A DNA stretch of 64,000 nt, taken from NCBI GenBank assembly GCA_902763535.1, contig CACWSG010000003.1, positions 88,779 to 152,778 on the forward strand, written 5' to 3'. Below the pieces are notes generated by a model that saw only the letters and a list, made by a program, of their open reading frames with translations, had not been told where the DNA came from and ran no database searches. Each line of letters opens with the position of its first letter. Positions within the stretch are counted from its first letter, which is position 1. Below are positions 52,859-63,073 of this stretch, in pieces. This DNA comes from an uncultured Pseudomonadota bacterium (GTDB lineage Bacteria > Pseudomonadota > Alphaproteobacteria > RF32 > CAG-239). The translations under genes were made by a program, and so were the position numbers.

Positions 52859-53863
52859 CTATTCCGCAGCTTGGGAAAGGCTGTTATTATTCAAACATTG
52901 TTGGACTTTCCAGATTATGCGCAAGGCGGCAAGAGCTTGTTCGCCGGTGATGCGCGGAGTGGCTTTGCCCCAAATGCAGTCGGCAAAGTGGTTAAGCTCC
53001 GAGGTCAAAGGTTGAGCGGTCGGGATAAACAGATTTTCCACACTGCCTTTCAGACCATAACGCATATTTTCCGGCAGGCTGTCGGCGGCAACATTGTGCA
53101 TACGACCCTGTGAATGGACGGCAATACTTTGGTTGATAAAGTCCATATCAATATAGTTGTCATTGGTGGTAACGGTCAGGGTGCGGACACGCGATTGGGT
53201 AATGCGTGAGGCAGTCATAGTGGCGGTGGCACCGTTGGCAAATTCCAGCAAAGCAGTGATATAATCTTTGCCGGTGGGAGATTTGGCAGTGCGGACAGCA
53301 GAAGCACTGATGTTGACAACCGGTGACTTGACTAATGATAAGACAACTTCAGCATCATGAATCATCAAATCCATAGCGACATCAACATCGGTAATGCGAC
53401 CGGAAGCTGCCGACATACGATTGGTTGCTAAAGAGCAGATTTGTGAATTGTCAGCCAAAATTTTGTGTAATTGCTCAACTGCGGGATTGAATTGCTCAAT
53501 ATGACCGACCAGCAGAGTTACATTGTGGCTTTTGGCAGCGGTAATCAGACGATTGCATTCTTCTTCAGTAGCGGCAAGCGGCTTTTCAATCAAGCAATGA
53601 ATGCCTTTATTCAAGAAAAATTCACCGACCTCGGCGTGAGTAACTGAAGTGGTAACAACGCTGACAGCATCAACGGAGTCCGCAACTTCATCCAACGACG
53701 AAAAAGCTTTGATGCCAAACATTTCAGCGGCGTTTTGGGCGGCCTCGGGGAAAATATCGTAAACACCGACCAGTTCAAAATTGTTGAGAGATTTGTAGGT
53801 TTTTAAGTGATTTTTACCCATCATTCCGGCGCCTATTACCGCCACTTTAATCGGATTATTCAT
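52859..53863 (-). CDS. Gfo/Idh/MocA-family oxidoreductase
   Basis: The Rossmann motif is IKVAVIGAGMMGKNHL, followed by the EKP motif (LIEKPLA). Confidence 0.85.
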   Translation of the reverse strand: MNNPIKVAVIGAGMMGKNHLKTYKSLNNFELVGVYDIFPEAAQNAAEMFGIKAFSSLDEVADSVDAVSVVTTSVTHAEVGEFFLNKGIHCLIEKPLAATEEECNRLITAAKSHNVTLLVGHIEQFNPAVEQLHKILADNSQICSLATNRMSAASGRITDVDVAMDLMIHDAEVVLSLVKSPVVNISASAVRTAKSPTGKDYITALLEFANGATATMTASRITQSRVRTLTVTTNDNYIDMDFINQSIAVHSQGRMHNVAADSLPENMRYGLKGSVENLFIPTAQPLTSELNHFADCIWGKATPRITGEQALAALRIIWKVQQCLNNNSLSQAAE

Positions 53864-53983
53864 GTGTTATGTCCTTTTTAGTTGTTTGTATAAATCGAAT
53901 TTTGGTTTACATATACCAATTATTCTGCTAAAAAGCACTTAAATTCTTGTTACATTTTGTTACAGATTATGACGAGGTATATA

Positions 53984-55777
53984 ATGATGAAAAAACAAAC
54001 TTATGGTTGTTTGGTGGGGTTGATAATGGTGTTGGCAGCTTGCTCGACGGGCAAGAAAAACTTAGGTGCCTATTTGCAGACCAATGAGCTGGTTTTTTCG
54101 GGGGAGACGGAAAAATTGCCGGCGCGAGTCACTCCTTATACTTCTATGGCAAGAGCGGCAAAGTATAATGCTGATACAGCTGTTAAGAATATAATTGACA
54201 GAATCTATGATGAAGATGAAGAAGCTGAGGTTACGGTAGATAAGCTTTTTAATGCAGATATGCATGAAGATAAGTTGTATAATGCGTTAAGAGCTTTGGA
54301 TTTTGCCAATGTCTATGCAATGAGTGTTTTGACAGATAATAAACGCTATATTGAAAATAATTTGTATGCTAAGTCGGCACAAAATTTGAGTTCTGCGGCA
54401 ATAAGATTGCATCGTTTGGAAATATTGTCAGAATCTCAAATAAAAGAAATAAATCGTTTGTCGGCGCAACAAGAAAAGATTTTTAAGGGATTAAAACAAA
54501 AATATGAGCGCGAAGGATATTTGACCGAATCTGAAATAACCTATCGTAAAGGATTGGAGGTAGCGCTTAATCGTTTGGAAAAGCTGAAATCTGAACTGTT
54601 GTTTGATCATGCGGAATATATGAAATTGATTCAATCATCTGATGAAAGCATAAAGTTGGAAGGTAAAAGATTTTATGAGTTGGAAGATTGGGACAAGCGA
54701 TATACCTATGATTTGTTTGCAGATGCGGCGGTTGGAAATCGCAGAGAGTTTGCTTTGGCAAAAGAAGAACTTGGCTCATTTAATGCGACCAAAGCAAGAC
54801 GCAAAGCCTATGTTGACTATCCGCCGATTGCAAGATTGGACATTAATGGTTTGACAATTGATGATAATCGCTATGAACAAGCTCTGCTTGCTAAGGCGGA
54901 AAATGTAGCGGCAAATTTATTGAAGGCACTGCGTAATTATCAATCTTCACCCAGCAACGAGCTTGTAAAGCAACGCGCTTTTGATGAGCTGGGTGCGGTG
55001 GTTATGACACAGGTTGAGATAAGTTATCATTTGGTAGAAAAGGCCTCTTATGCCTATGATGCCAATCGTTATCAAATTAGTGATTTGAAAGCTCAAATCA
55101 AAGAATTGGAAAAGAAAAAGAGCTTGCCGGACTATGAAAAAGTTGAGCTGCTGAACATGAAAGTAAAGTTGTTGCAGCTGGAATATGACAGTGCTAATTT
55201 TATAGCTTTGCGTGCGGCAGCGTTGCGCGGTTTGTACTATTATGCCGGATTGTCGCCGTTTGATAAGAGTGTGTTAAAAGAACCGATTAAAGAAATAGAA
55301 GTTATTTTGAAAAAATCGTTTAACCAAGATATAGTAGTGCTGTTAGAGAATGCTCAAAAACAAGAAAAATGGGATGATGGCGGTAATTCTTGGGCTCATC
55401 AGGATAATTGGCTGGATAAACTGATTGATCAACCGCAAGGAGGAAGTGATTATGCGGAAGAGGATAGAGTAGTTGTCCCCAGCAAAAAACAAGTTGATAC
55501 TAAACCGGTTGTGGCAGAATCAGCACCTAAACCGCTTAATGTTGAAGGTAAGACGATTATTCAATTGGGTGCATACAGTGATGTTGAGAATGCCTATGAT
55601 GACAAAAAAGAAATTTTGGCAGCAATGAGCTCTTTGGCGCAATATGACATTTATATTGAAGATGCTGTGGTTAATGGTGTTACATATCATCGTATGATGT
55701 TTAAGCCTGAGCAAGAAAAATTACAGAGTTTGTGTAATGAAATTATGGCAGCAGGGTTTGATTGTATGCTAAGATAA
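53984..55777 (+). CDS. Lipoprotein with long helical region and C-terminal SPOR domain
   Basis: The lipobox is LIMVLAAC-S. The C-terminal IIQLGAYSDVENA...YHRMMF..LC..AGFDCML matches the SPOR pattern. Confidence 0.65.
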   Translation: MMKKQTYGCLVGLIMVLAACSTGKKNLGAYLQTNELVFSGETEKLPARVTPYTSMARAAKYNADTAVKNIIDRIYDEDEEAEVTVDKLFNADMHEDKLYNALRALDFANVYAMSVLTDNKRYIENNLYAKSAQNLSSAAIRLHRLEILSESQIKEINRLSAQQEKIFKGLKQKYEREGYLTESEITYRKGLEVALNRLEKLKSELLFDHAEYMKLIQSSDESIKLEGKRFYELEDWDKRYTYDLFADAAVGNRREFALAKEELGSFNATKARRKAYVDYPPIARLDINGLTIDDNRYEQALLAKAENVAANLLKALRNYQSSPSNELVKQRAFDELGAVVMTQVEISYHLVEKASYAYDANRYQISDLKAQIKELEKKKSLPDYEKVELLNMKVKLLQLEYDSANFIALRAAALRGLYYYAGLSPFDKSVLKEPIKEIEVILKKSFNQDIVVLLENAQKQEKWDDGGNSWAHQDNWLDKLIDQPQGGSDYAEEDRVVVPSKKQVDTKPVVAESAPKPLNVEGKTIIQLGAYSDVENAYDDKKEILAAMSSLAQYDIYIEDAVVNGVTYHRMMFKPEQEKLQSLCNEIMAAGFDCMLR

Positions 55778-55847
55778 AAAATCTTGTAAAAACATAAAAA
55801 ATGTTTTATACTCCAAGTGTTTTTTCGAATAATTCCTGCAAAGGGGA

Positions 55848-57020
55848 ATGGTTATGCCTGATGATGATAAACTTGATAAGCTATGGAAAAAAATCCAAAG
55901 CAATCAGGAAGAGTATGATCGCAAGTTAAAAAACGGTGAGGCTTCTGTTACATGGAGTGCGGCCGCACGGTCTGATAATGAAGTTTTTCAAGTAGGGCAT
56001 AAGACTGAAGGCATAGGATTTGTCGGTAAGAATTTGGAAAATGGTCATTTTGCCGGCGAGGATTTGAGCAATGCAAATTTTTCAGTTTCAAACTTAACCA
56101 ATGTTGATTTTTCAAATGCTAATTTACGGAATGTCGATTTTTCCGGTGCCAATTTAACCGGAGCCAATCTTTCAGGAGCTGATTTAAGCGGAGCTATTTT
56201 GTCCGGTTCAGTGTTGCATCGTACCAATTTTACCGGTGCCAAGATGCGCGGCGTTAAATTGGTTGATGCTGATTTGGAAGAGGCTATTCTGTTAGACATC
56301 GATATTGACGATATTGGTTTGGAAGAACTGCAAAATCTGATTGAATATATTGCAAAATATTATCCGCATAAATTAAACTTAAAAAAAATAAATCTCACCT
56401 TATTGAATTTAGCAAAAATTGATTTGCGCGGTGTTGATTTGCGCGGTGTTGATTTTACCGGTGTCGATTTTACCGGTGTTAATATTGCCGAACTTGATTT
56501 GAGTGAATGTATTATTACACCGCAACAAATAGCTCAGGCTTTGGGCAGAGTTCCGGGAAGAGAAGAACTTGCTCGTATTTTGGCTCCGAAAAATAAAAAG
56601 CAAACATGGAAGGGAGTTGATTTGACAAATTTGTTTTTGGATGACGGCAAACCATTCGGGGTTTGGGATGTTACCAAAGATAAGGGTATCAGTATTGAAG
56701 AATTAATGAAATTGGGTAAAAAAATTTTTGGTCATGGTAAAAAGCCGACAGTAAAAGATGAAGATGCTTTGGCTGATGTGAAAAATCAGCAAGAAATTCA
56801 AGCCAAATCACATAATGAAGAATTACGCAAGATTATTGAAGAAAGAAAGCAACAGGAATTGGCTAATCGTAAACAGATGAAAGAAATGATGAATGCTTCT
56901 CAAGAAAAGACCCAATCAAATGAAATTAGAGAAGTTGAACCTAAGATAATAAAGACAGAGAAGATAAGACCTTCAAATGAAATTGCTCAGCAAACGCGCA
57001 ATCATGGTCAGGGGCGTTGA
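55848..57020 (+). CDS. Pentapeptide-repeat protein with lysine/glutamate-rich C-terminal tail
   Basis: Runs of A(D/N)LSGANLTGANLSGADLSGA and VDLRGVDLRGVDFTGVDFTGV are present. Confidence 0.85.
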   Translation: MVMPDDDKLDKLWKKIQSNQEEYDRKLKNGEASVTWSAAARSDNEVFQVGHKTEGIGFVGKNLENGHFAGEDLSNANFSVSNLTNVDFSNANLRNVDFSGANLTGANLSGADLSGAILSGSVLHRTNFTGAKMRGVKLVDADLEEAILLDIDIDDIGLEELQNLIEYIAKYYPHKLNLKKINLTLLNLAKIDLRGVDLRGVDFTGVDFTGVNIAELDLSECIITPQQIAQALGRVPGREELARILAPKNKKQTWKGVDLTNLFLDDGKPFGVWDVTKDKGISIEELMKLGKKIFGHGKKPTVKDEDALADVKNQQEIQAKSHNEELRKIIEERKQQELANRKQMKEMMNASQEKTQSNEIREVEPKIIKTEKIRPSNEIAQQTRNHGQGR

Positions 57021-57024
57021 GGCC

Positions 57025-59262
57025 ATGAGTGAACTTAGCAGTGGTAATGATCTGAAAAATAAAAGCAAGGTTAAGTGGCTTCTAAAGTTGTTGCTGGCGA
57101 TTTTTTTTGTTTCGGCAATTTTTTGGTTGTTATCGGGGATTTGTTTCGGTATTTTAGTCGTTTTGATAAAATGGCATCACTTAAAGGTTAATTTTGTATG
57201 CGATTGGCAAAGTTATTTGATTAATCCGCTGTATGTTTTTTCGGTATATGGGGATTGGTGGCAGCTTTTGATGAAAAGTCTGCGTCATATTACGATTAAT
57301 CGAGTTTTGTTTATTCCGTTTATTGCAATAATCGGTACTTTGGTGACGATTTTTGTAATTTTCTCACGGCAGGAATATGCTATTCGTCTTTGGTATATAA
57401 TGAATTTCCATTTTGCTAAAATTAAAGATATTAAGCGAATGGGGCTATTCAAAAATATAGGTGTGGTTTTGGGACGCTTTTCAGGTTTATTGCTGGCGGC
57501 CAAAGAAAATAATTCGGTTTTATGTATTGGAGAAATGGGGTCAGGTAAAACTTCAAGTGTTTCAATACCATCAGTTTTGTCTGCCGATAAGGTAAGTGTT
57601 TTGGCGGTGGATTTGACGGGAATTTTGCCGCAATATACAGCAGGATATAGAGCGAAAATCGGCGATATTATGTATTTTAACTGGGATATGCAAGATGATG
57701 CTGAAAATAATATTTTTTATCCCAGATGGAATCCTTTGGGTGCACCTAATTTGCCAAGTGATATGGAACAAAGAGATGAATATGTTAAAAGATTGTCATC
57801 ATATTTTGTGGAGATAGGTGAAGGTGAACAAGAAAATTATTGGAATTTAATTGTTCATGGAATGATTAATACGATATTTAATTTTTGGATAGTGAAAGTT
57901 GAACAGGCAAAAGCAAATGATTATTTTTTGGAGAAATTAGCTTCGGAAAGCCAGCTTACCAGAGAAGACAAGGATTTGTTATTGAGCTATTATATTCAAA
58001 TGCCAAAGAGTTTGTCTAAGGGCGTTATTGATTTGTTGAATGATGATATGTTGACGGCTGATAATTATTTGCCGATAGGCAGTTGGGGCGGAGTACCGGA
58101 AGCATGGCAGGGTAAGAATTTGTGTTTTGCTATGATAACAGACTGGTTGATATATAATTATGAAAATTCAGAAGATGTCAGCGGAGATGATTGGTACAGG
58201 TGGTTTAGGTCTTTGTTGAATGAAAGTTGGGTTTTTGCTTATGGTAATGGTATAGTGGATGGTTTGAACCAAATTTTGCACCTGTCGGCCAAACAGCGCT
58301 CTTTGGTTTTTGCACAAGCCATTAAACCTTTTATAATTTTTACAGATGATTCCATTCGTGAGAGAACCAATGGCAACGATATAGATTTTTCTTCAATCAG
58401 AGGAAGGTATGATGAGGAAGAATGTCGCTTTAAGCCGATGACAATTTATTCTTTGGCAAATACCGCTCATTCGAAAATTATCAATCAAATATTTATTGAC
58501 GAGATGATGTATTATGCCATGCATAGTGATGATATGGATATTAATTATCCATGGATGGTGGTTTTGGATGATGTGGGGCATAATGCAAAATTGCGTAATT
58601 TGTCCGAACTTTTGGAGAATGGTCAAGACAGAAATATTTCCACACTTTTGTTATGTAACAGTTTGAGTTTGGTAGCTAATACATACAGTCGTGATGAGCT
58701 GGAAAACATGATTATGTACACCGATTACAAGATTATAAAAGCGGCCGATAATCGGCATTTAAGCCAGCAGATGAACAAATTAGCCTCGTTTTCAACTCGG
58801 TCGGTGGAAATTCCGCAAAGGGCAAAGTTGCGTAAACGCAGGCCTTATGCTGACGCCACATATTTCCATCGCTTGGCTAAAGATTTTCGACTTTGTGATG
58901 ATGTTAAAATAAATACAAGAGAATACCAAATTATATTGATGCGAGGATTTTATAATCGTCCGATTATTGCCGATAATATTTTCTTTGCTCAAGATGAAAG
59001 GTTTGGTAAATTATCTGAATATCCGGCTAATTATACATTATCGCTACAAAGGATTATTCAAAAACAAGAAAGTGATTTGCAAACTCCTTCGATTAATTAT
59101 TTGTTGGGTAATAATCGTGATAAGTCGGCAATTTATAATAAGATTAAAAAAGAAGAAAAGAAGGTTGCCGGCGGTAATAATTCAAAAGATGAGTGGTGGT
59201 TGGCAGAAGGAGCTTTTAAGCAAGATGAAATGTCGCATAATCCGTTTGAAAATAAAGAATAG
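57025..59262 (+). CDS. Type IV coupling protein-like (VirD4/TraG-family) membrane ATPase, orphan
   Basis: N-terminal TM helices, Walker A (IGEMGSGKTSSVSIP) and Walker B-like (WMVVLDDVGH) are present. The size and layout match T4CPs. No other T4SS genes occur in the window. Confidence 0.5.
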   Translation: MSELSSGNDLKNKSKVKWLLKLLLAIFFVSAIFWLLSGICFGILVVLIKWHHLKVNFVCDWQSYLINPLYVFSVYGDWWQLLMKSLRHITINRVLFIPFIAIIGTLVTIFVIFSRQEYAIRLWYIMNFHFAKIKDIKRMGLFKNIGVVLGRFSGLLLAAKENNSVLCIGEMGSGKTSSVSIPSVLSADKVSVLAVDLTGILPQYTAGYRAKIGDIMYFNWDMQDDAENNIFYPRWNPLGAPNLPSDMEQRDEYVKRLSSYFVEIGEGEQENYWNLIVHGMINTIFNFWIVKVEQAKANDYFLEKLASESQLTREDKDLLLSYYIQMPKSLSKGVIDLLNDDMLTADNYLPIGSWGGVPEAWQGKNLCFAMITDWLIYNYENSEDVSGDDWYRWFRSLLNESWVFAYGNGIVDGLNQILHLSAKQRSLVFAQAIKPFIIFTDDSIRERTNGNDIDFSSIRGRYDEEECRFKPMTIYSLANTAHSKIINQIFIDEMMYYAMHSDDMDINYPWMVVLDDVGHNAKLRNLSELLENGQDRNISTLLLCNSLSLVANTYSRDELENMIMYTDYKIIKAADNRHLSQQMNKLASFSTRSVEIPQRAKLRKRRPYADATYFHRLAKDFRLCDDVKINTREYQIILMRGFYNRPIIADNIFFAQDERFGKLSEYPANYTLSLQRIIQKQESDLQTPSINYLLGNNRDKSAIYNKIKKEEKKVAGGNNSKDEWWLAEGAFKQDEMSHNPFENKE

Positions 59263-59273
59263 CAGGCTGAATT

Positions 59274-60593
59274 ATGGATAAAGAAGATACATTATTTTCT
59301 GCTCAAGTAAAGCGTCCGTTGGCGGATCAGTTGCGTCCTCAAAGTTTGGAAGATGTGGTGGGGCAGGACCATGTTATAGGTAAAGATGCTCCCTTAGGCA
59401 GAATGCTTAGTTCGGGAAAAATCAATTCATTTATTTTGTGGGGACCTCCGGGGTGCGGCAAGACGACGATTGCGCGCCTGATGGCAGAGGGAAGCAAACT
59501 TTATTTTGAGCAAATATCAGCAGTTTTTTCAGGTGTTGCCGATTTGAAGCGGGTTTTTCAATATGCCAAAGAGCGCCGCGCTAATCAGGGAAAAGGTACA
59601 TTGTTGTTTGTTGATGAAATTCATCGTTTTAATAAGTCACAACAAGATGGATTTTTGCCTTATGTCGAAGATGGTACAATAATTTTGGTAGGTGCTACCA
59701 CTGAAAATCCGTCTTTTGAGCTGAATGCCGCGTTGTTGTCTCGTTGTCAGGTGTTGGTATTGAATCGGCTGAGTATTGATGATTTTGAGGTTTTGTTACA
59801 AAGAGCTGAAAAATTGACCGGACGCAAGTTGCCGGTTGACAAGGAAGCTCGCGAGTTTATGAAAGAAACGGCCGATGGCGATGGTCGCTATATTTTGAAT
59901 TTGGCTGAAAGTGTTTGGAACTATGCCAAAGAAGGCGAAATTTTTGATAAAGACAGCATCATCAAGATTATTCGCAGCAGAGCTCCGGTTTATGATAAAG
60001 GGCGCGACGGGCACTATAATTTGATTTCGGCGGTGCATAAGTCGCTACGCGGCTCAGATCCTGATGCGGCACTATATTGGGTGGCGCGAATGTTATCATC
60101 AGGTGAAGATCCTAAGTATATTTTGCGGCGTTTGACAAGGTTTGCTATCGAAGATGTGTCTTTGGCAGAGCCGGGAGCAGTAACACAGGCGATAGCTTGT
60201 TGGGATGCTTATGAAAGATTGGGCTCGCCGGAAGGTGATTTGGCAATTATGCAGTTGACAGCTTATTTGGCAACGGCACCCAAATCAATAGGGGTTTATA
60301 AGGCAGCGCACGCGGCATTTGAATTAGCTAAAAAGACCGGTTCGTTGATGCCGCCGAAAAATATTTTAAATGCTCCGACCAAATTGATGAAACAGTTGGG
60401 ATACAGTGATGGTTATGAGTATGATCCGGAATGTGAAGACGGATTTTCCGGAGCTAATTATTTTCCTGAAGGAATGGCGAGGGTTAAACTATATTATCCG
60501 GTTGAGCGCGGTTTTGAACGCGAGATAAAAAAACGGGTAGAATATTTTGAGAATTTGCGTAAGGAAAAACAACAGGCTAAAAAGAAAGCATAA
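59274..60593 (+). CDS. rarA: Replication-associated recombination protein A (AAA+ ATPase)
   Basis: LWGPPGCGKTT, FVDEIHRFNK and the MgsA C-terminal region (HYNLISA..KS.RGSDPDAALYW) are present. Confidence 0.9.
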   Translation: MDKEDTLFSAQVKRPLADQLRPQSLEDVVGQDHVIGKDAPLGRMLSSGKINSFILWGPPGCGKTTIARLMAEGSKLYFEQISAVFSGVADLKRVFQYAKERRANQGKGTLLFVDEIHRFNKSQQDGFLPYVEDGTIILVGATTENPSFELNAALLSRCQVLVLNRLSIDDFEVLLQRAEKLTGRKLPVDKEAREFMKETADGDGRYILNLAESVWNYAKEGEIFDKDSIIKIIRSRAPVYDKGRDGHYNLISAVHKSLRGSDPDAALYWVARMLSSGEDPKYILRRLTRFAIEDVSLAEPGAVTQAIACWDAYERLGSPEGDLAIMQLTAYLATAPKSIGVYKAAHAAFELAKKTGSLMPPKNILNAPTKLMKQLGYSDGYEYDPECEDGFSGANYFPEGMARVKLYYPVERGFEREIKKRVEYFENLRKEKQQAKKKA

Positions 60594-60599
60594 CATCGG

Positions 60600-63056
60600 T
60601 TATGCTTTCTTGGTTTCGATAATTTTAATAGCTTCTTCAAGCGTCGGTTCATGACCGGATACACTCTTAGGAATAGCATAATTAAAGCGACCGCACTTTA
60701 AGTATGGACCATAGCGTCCCATCAACAACTGGATATTTTGTTTGTTCTTGGGGTAAACGCCCAAAATTTTGCCGGTAGGTTTTTCTTTGGCAGTGCTTAA
60801 TAATTCTATGGCGCGTTCTTTAGTCATGTTGAAGATGTTATCAGCACCGCGCAGAGAAACTGATTTGTTGCCTTGTTTGATATAAGGACCGAATTTGCCG
60901 CTGTTTAAGGTGATGTCATCACCAAAATCCAAAGGCAGGCTCAATAACCTTTCCGCTTGTTCAAAAGTGATTTCTTCAGCGCTTAGTCCTTTGGGCAAGG
61001 ATGAGCGTTTCGGTTTTTCGGTTGTAGCCGTAGCGTCTTCACCCAACTGAACATAAAAACCGTAAGGACCTTTTTTAAGATAAATGTTTTGCCCATTGCT
61101 TGTGCCCAAAACTTTATCGGCAGCTTCTTTGATTTGCGGAGTGCCGCTGTTTTCTTCATCGCTGGTGTCGGTAAGGGGTTTGGTATATTTACATTCCGGA
61201 TAGTTGGAGCAGCCGATAAAAGCACCGAATTTACCGAGTTTGATACTCAAACGACCTTTGCCGCACTCAGGACAAACTCTGGGATCAGAGCCATCAGCAC
61301 GCGGTGGGAACAAGTGATGCCCCAAAACTTCATCGATCTTGTCAATGACTTCGGAAATTTGCAAAGGACGAACATCTTCAACATTTTTTATGAATTTGTT
61401 CCAGAAGCCTTGCAATAATTTTTTCCATTCCATCTGACCGGAAGAAACATCATCCAAGAATTCTTCCATTTGGGCAGTAAAGTCATATTCTACATATTTC
61501 TTAAAGAAATTTTCCAAGAAAACAGTAACAATGCGGCCTCTGTCTTCAGGGATAAAACGCAATTTTTCGACACGAACATATTTGCGCTCCTGTAAAACAG
61601 CGATAATCGTGGCATAAGTTGACGGGCGTCCGATACCCAATTCTTCCAACTTTTTAACCAAACTGGCTTCGGTAAAACGCGGAGGCGGCGTGGTAAAATG
61701 CTGTTCGGGAATAATTTCACCCTTGGTTAGTTTGTCGCCTTTTTCGACATTGGGCAAAATGCGATTTTCGTCATCTTCTTCGGCATCATCTTGAGATTCC
61801 TGATACAACTTTAAGAAGCCGTCAAAAGCAATAACCTGACCGGTGGCGCGCAACAAAATCTTTTTATCTTCAGAGCGCGAATCAATAACAACCCTGTCCA
61901 TCACGGCAGGATTCATCTGGCAGGCAACCGTGCGTTTCCAAATCAACTCATAGAGTTTGTGTTCCTCAGCCGACAATTTAACTTCCATTTTTTTGGGAGT
62001 ATTTAAAACATCGGACGGACGAATGGCTTCGTGAGCTTCTTGAGCATTTTTGGATTTGGTTTTATATTCTTTGGCGGTTTTGGGCAAATAGGCTTCACCG
62101 AAATATTTTAAGATAGCATCACGGCAGGCTTTGATGGCCTCGGCGGAGAGATTGACCGCATCAGTACGCATATAAGTAATCAAACCGTCTTCATAAAGTT
62201 TTTGAGCGATTTGCATGGTGCGTTTGGCCGAGAAACGCAATTTGCGAGCGGCTTCCTGTTGCAGGGTTGAAGTTGTAAAAGGAGGTGCCGGATAGCGATT
62301 GGCTTTTTTGCGTTCAACTTCGGCAACAGCAAAATTTTGAGCTTCAATTTTAGCTTTTGCCGCCAAAGCTTTGGCCTCGGAGTTGAGGTCAAATTTTTCC
62401 AGTTTTTTACCGTCCAGTTCCATCAGGTGTGATTTAATCAGTGCCTTTTGGGAGGTAAACAGTTCGGCATCAATCGTCCAATATTCTTCAGGTTTAAATT
62501 TTTCGATTTCGGTTTCGCGATCACAAATCAGGCGCAAAGCAACCGACTGTACCCGTCCGGCAGATTTGGAACCGGGGAGTTTGCGCCACAAAACCGGTGA
62601 TAATGTAAAACCGACCAAATAATCAAGAGCGCGACGCCCCATATAGGCCGAAACCAAATTGTCGTCAATTTCGCGCGGATTTTTGATAGCTTCGGTAATA
62701 GCTGATTTGGTAATTTCGTGAAAGACCACGCGCTCGATTTTTTTGCCTTTAAGAGCTTTTTTGGATTTGAGTTCTTCTAAGATGTGCCAAGCAATCGCTT
62801 CTCCTTCTCTATCAGGGTCGGAGGCGAGGATGAGGGTGTCGGCACCTTTGAGTGCTTTTATAATATCAGCAAGGCGTTTTTTGCCGCCGGAGCTCAGCTC
62901 CCAAGTCATAGCAAAATCATCATCAGGATTGACCGAGCCGTCTTTGCTCGGCAAATCGCGGATATGTCCGAAACTGGCCAAAACTTGATAGTCTTTGCCT
63001 AAATACTTATTAATGGTTTTGGCTTTGGCCGGAGATTCAACGATAACTAGTTTCAT
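60600..63056 (-). CDS. topA: DNA topoisomerase I
   Basis: Toprim (MKLVIVESPAKAKTI..DPDREGE), active-site region (GLITYMRTD) and C-terminal Zn-ribbon or ribbon-like repeats are present. Confidence 0.95.
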   Translation of the reverse strand: MKLVIVESPAKAKTINKYLGKDYQVLASFGHIRDLPSKDGSVNPDDDFAMTWELSSGGKKRLADIIKALKGADTLILASDPDREGEAIAWHILEELKSKKALKGKKIERVVFHEITKSAITEAIKNPREIDDNLVSAYMGRRALDYLVGFTLSPVLWRKLPGSKSAGRVQSVALRLICDRETEIEKFKPEEYWTIDAELFTSQKALIKSHLMELDGKKLEKFDLNSEAKALAAKAKIEAQNFAVAEVERKKANRYPAPPFTTSTLQQEAARKLRFSAKRTMQIAQKLYEDGLITYMRTDAVNLSAEAIKACRDAILKYFGEAYLPKTAKEYKTKSKNAQEAHEAIRPSDVLNTPKKMEVKLSAEEHKLYELIWKRTVACQMNPAVMDRVVIDSRSEDKKILLRATGQVIAFDGFLKLYQESQDDAEEDDENRILPNVEKGDKLTKGEIIPEQHFTTPPPRFTEASLVKKLEELGIGRPSTYATIIAVLQERKYVRVEKLRFIPEDRGRIVTVFLENFFKKYVEYDFTAQMEEFLDDVSSGQMEWKKLLQGFWNKFIKNVEDVRPLQISEVIDKIDEVLGHHLFPPRADGSDPRVCPECGKGRLSIKLGKFGAFIGCSNYPECKYTKPLTDTSDEENSGTPQIKEAADKVLGTSNGQNIYLKKGPYGFYVQLGEDATATTEKPKRSSLPKGLSAEEITFEQAERLLSLPLDFGDDITLNSGKFGPYIKQGNKSVSLRGADNIFNMTKERAIELLSTAKEKPTGKILGVYPKNKQNIQLLMGRYGPYLKCGRFNYAIPKSVSGHEPTLEEAIKIIETKKA

Positions 63057-63073
63057 TTTGTTTTAATCCATTT

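Noticed and set aside
56040-56500. Short tandem DNA repeats (gatttgcgcggtgtt, gattttaccggtgt) that could be mistaken for a CRISPR or VNTR array
   Set aside because: They lie inside a long ORF and translate to pentapeptide repeats (VDLRG, VDFTG). There are no unique spacers of constant length.
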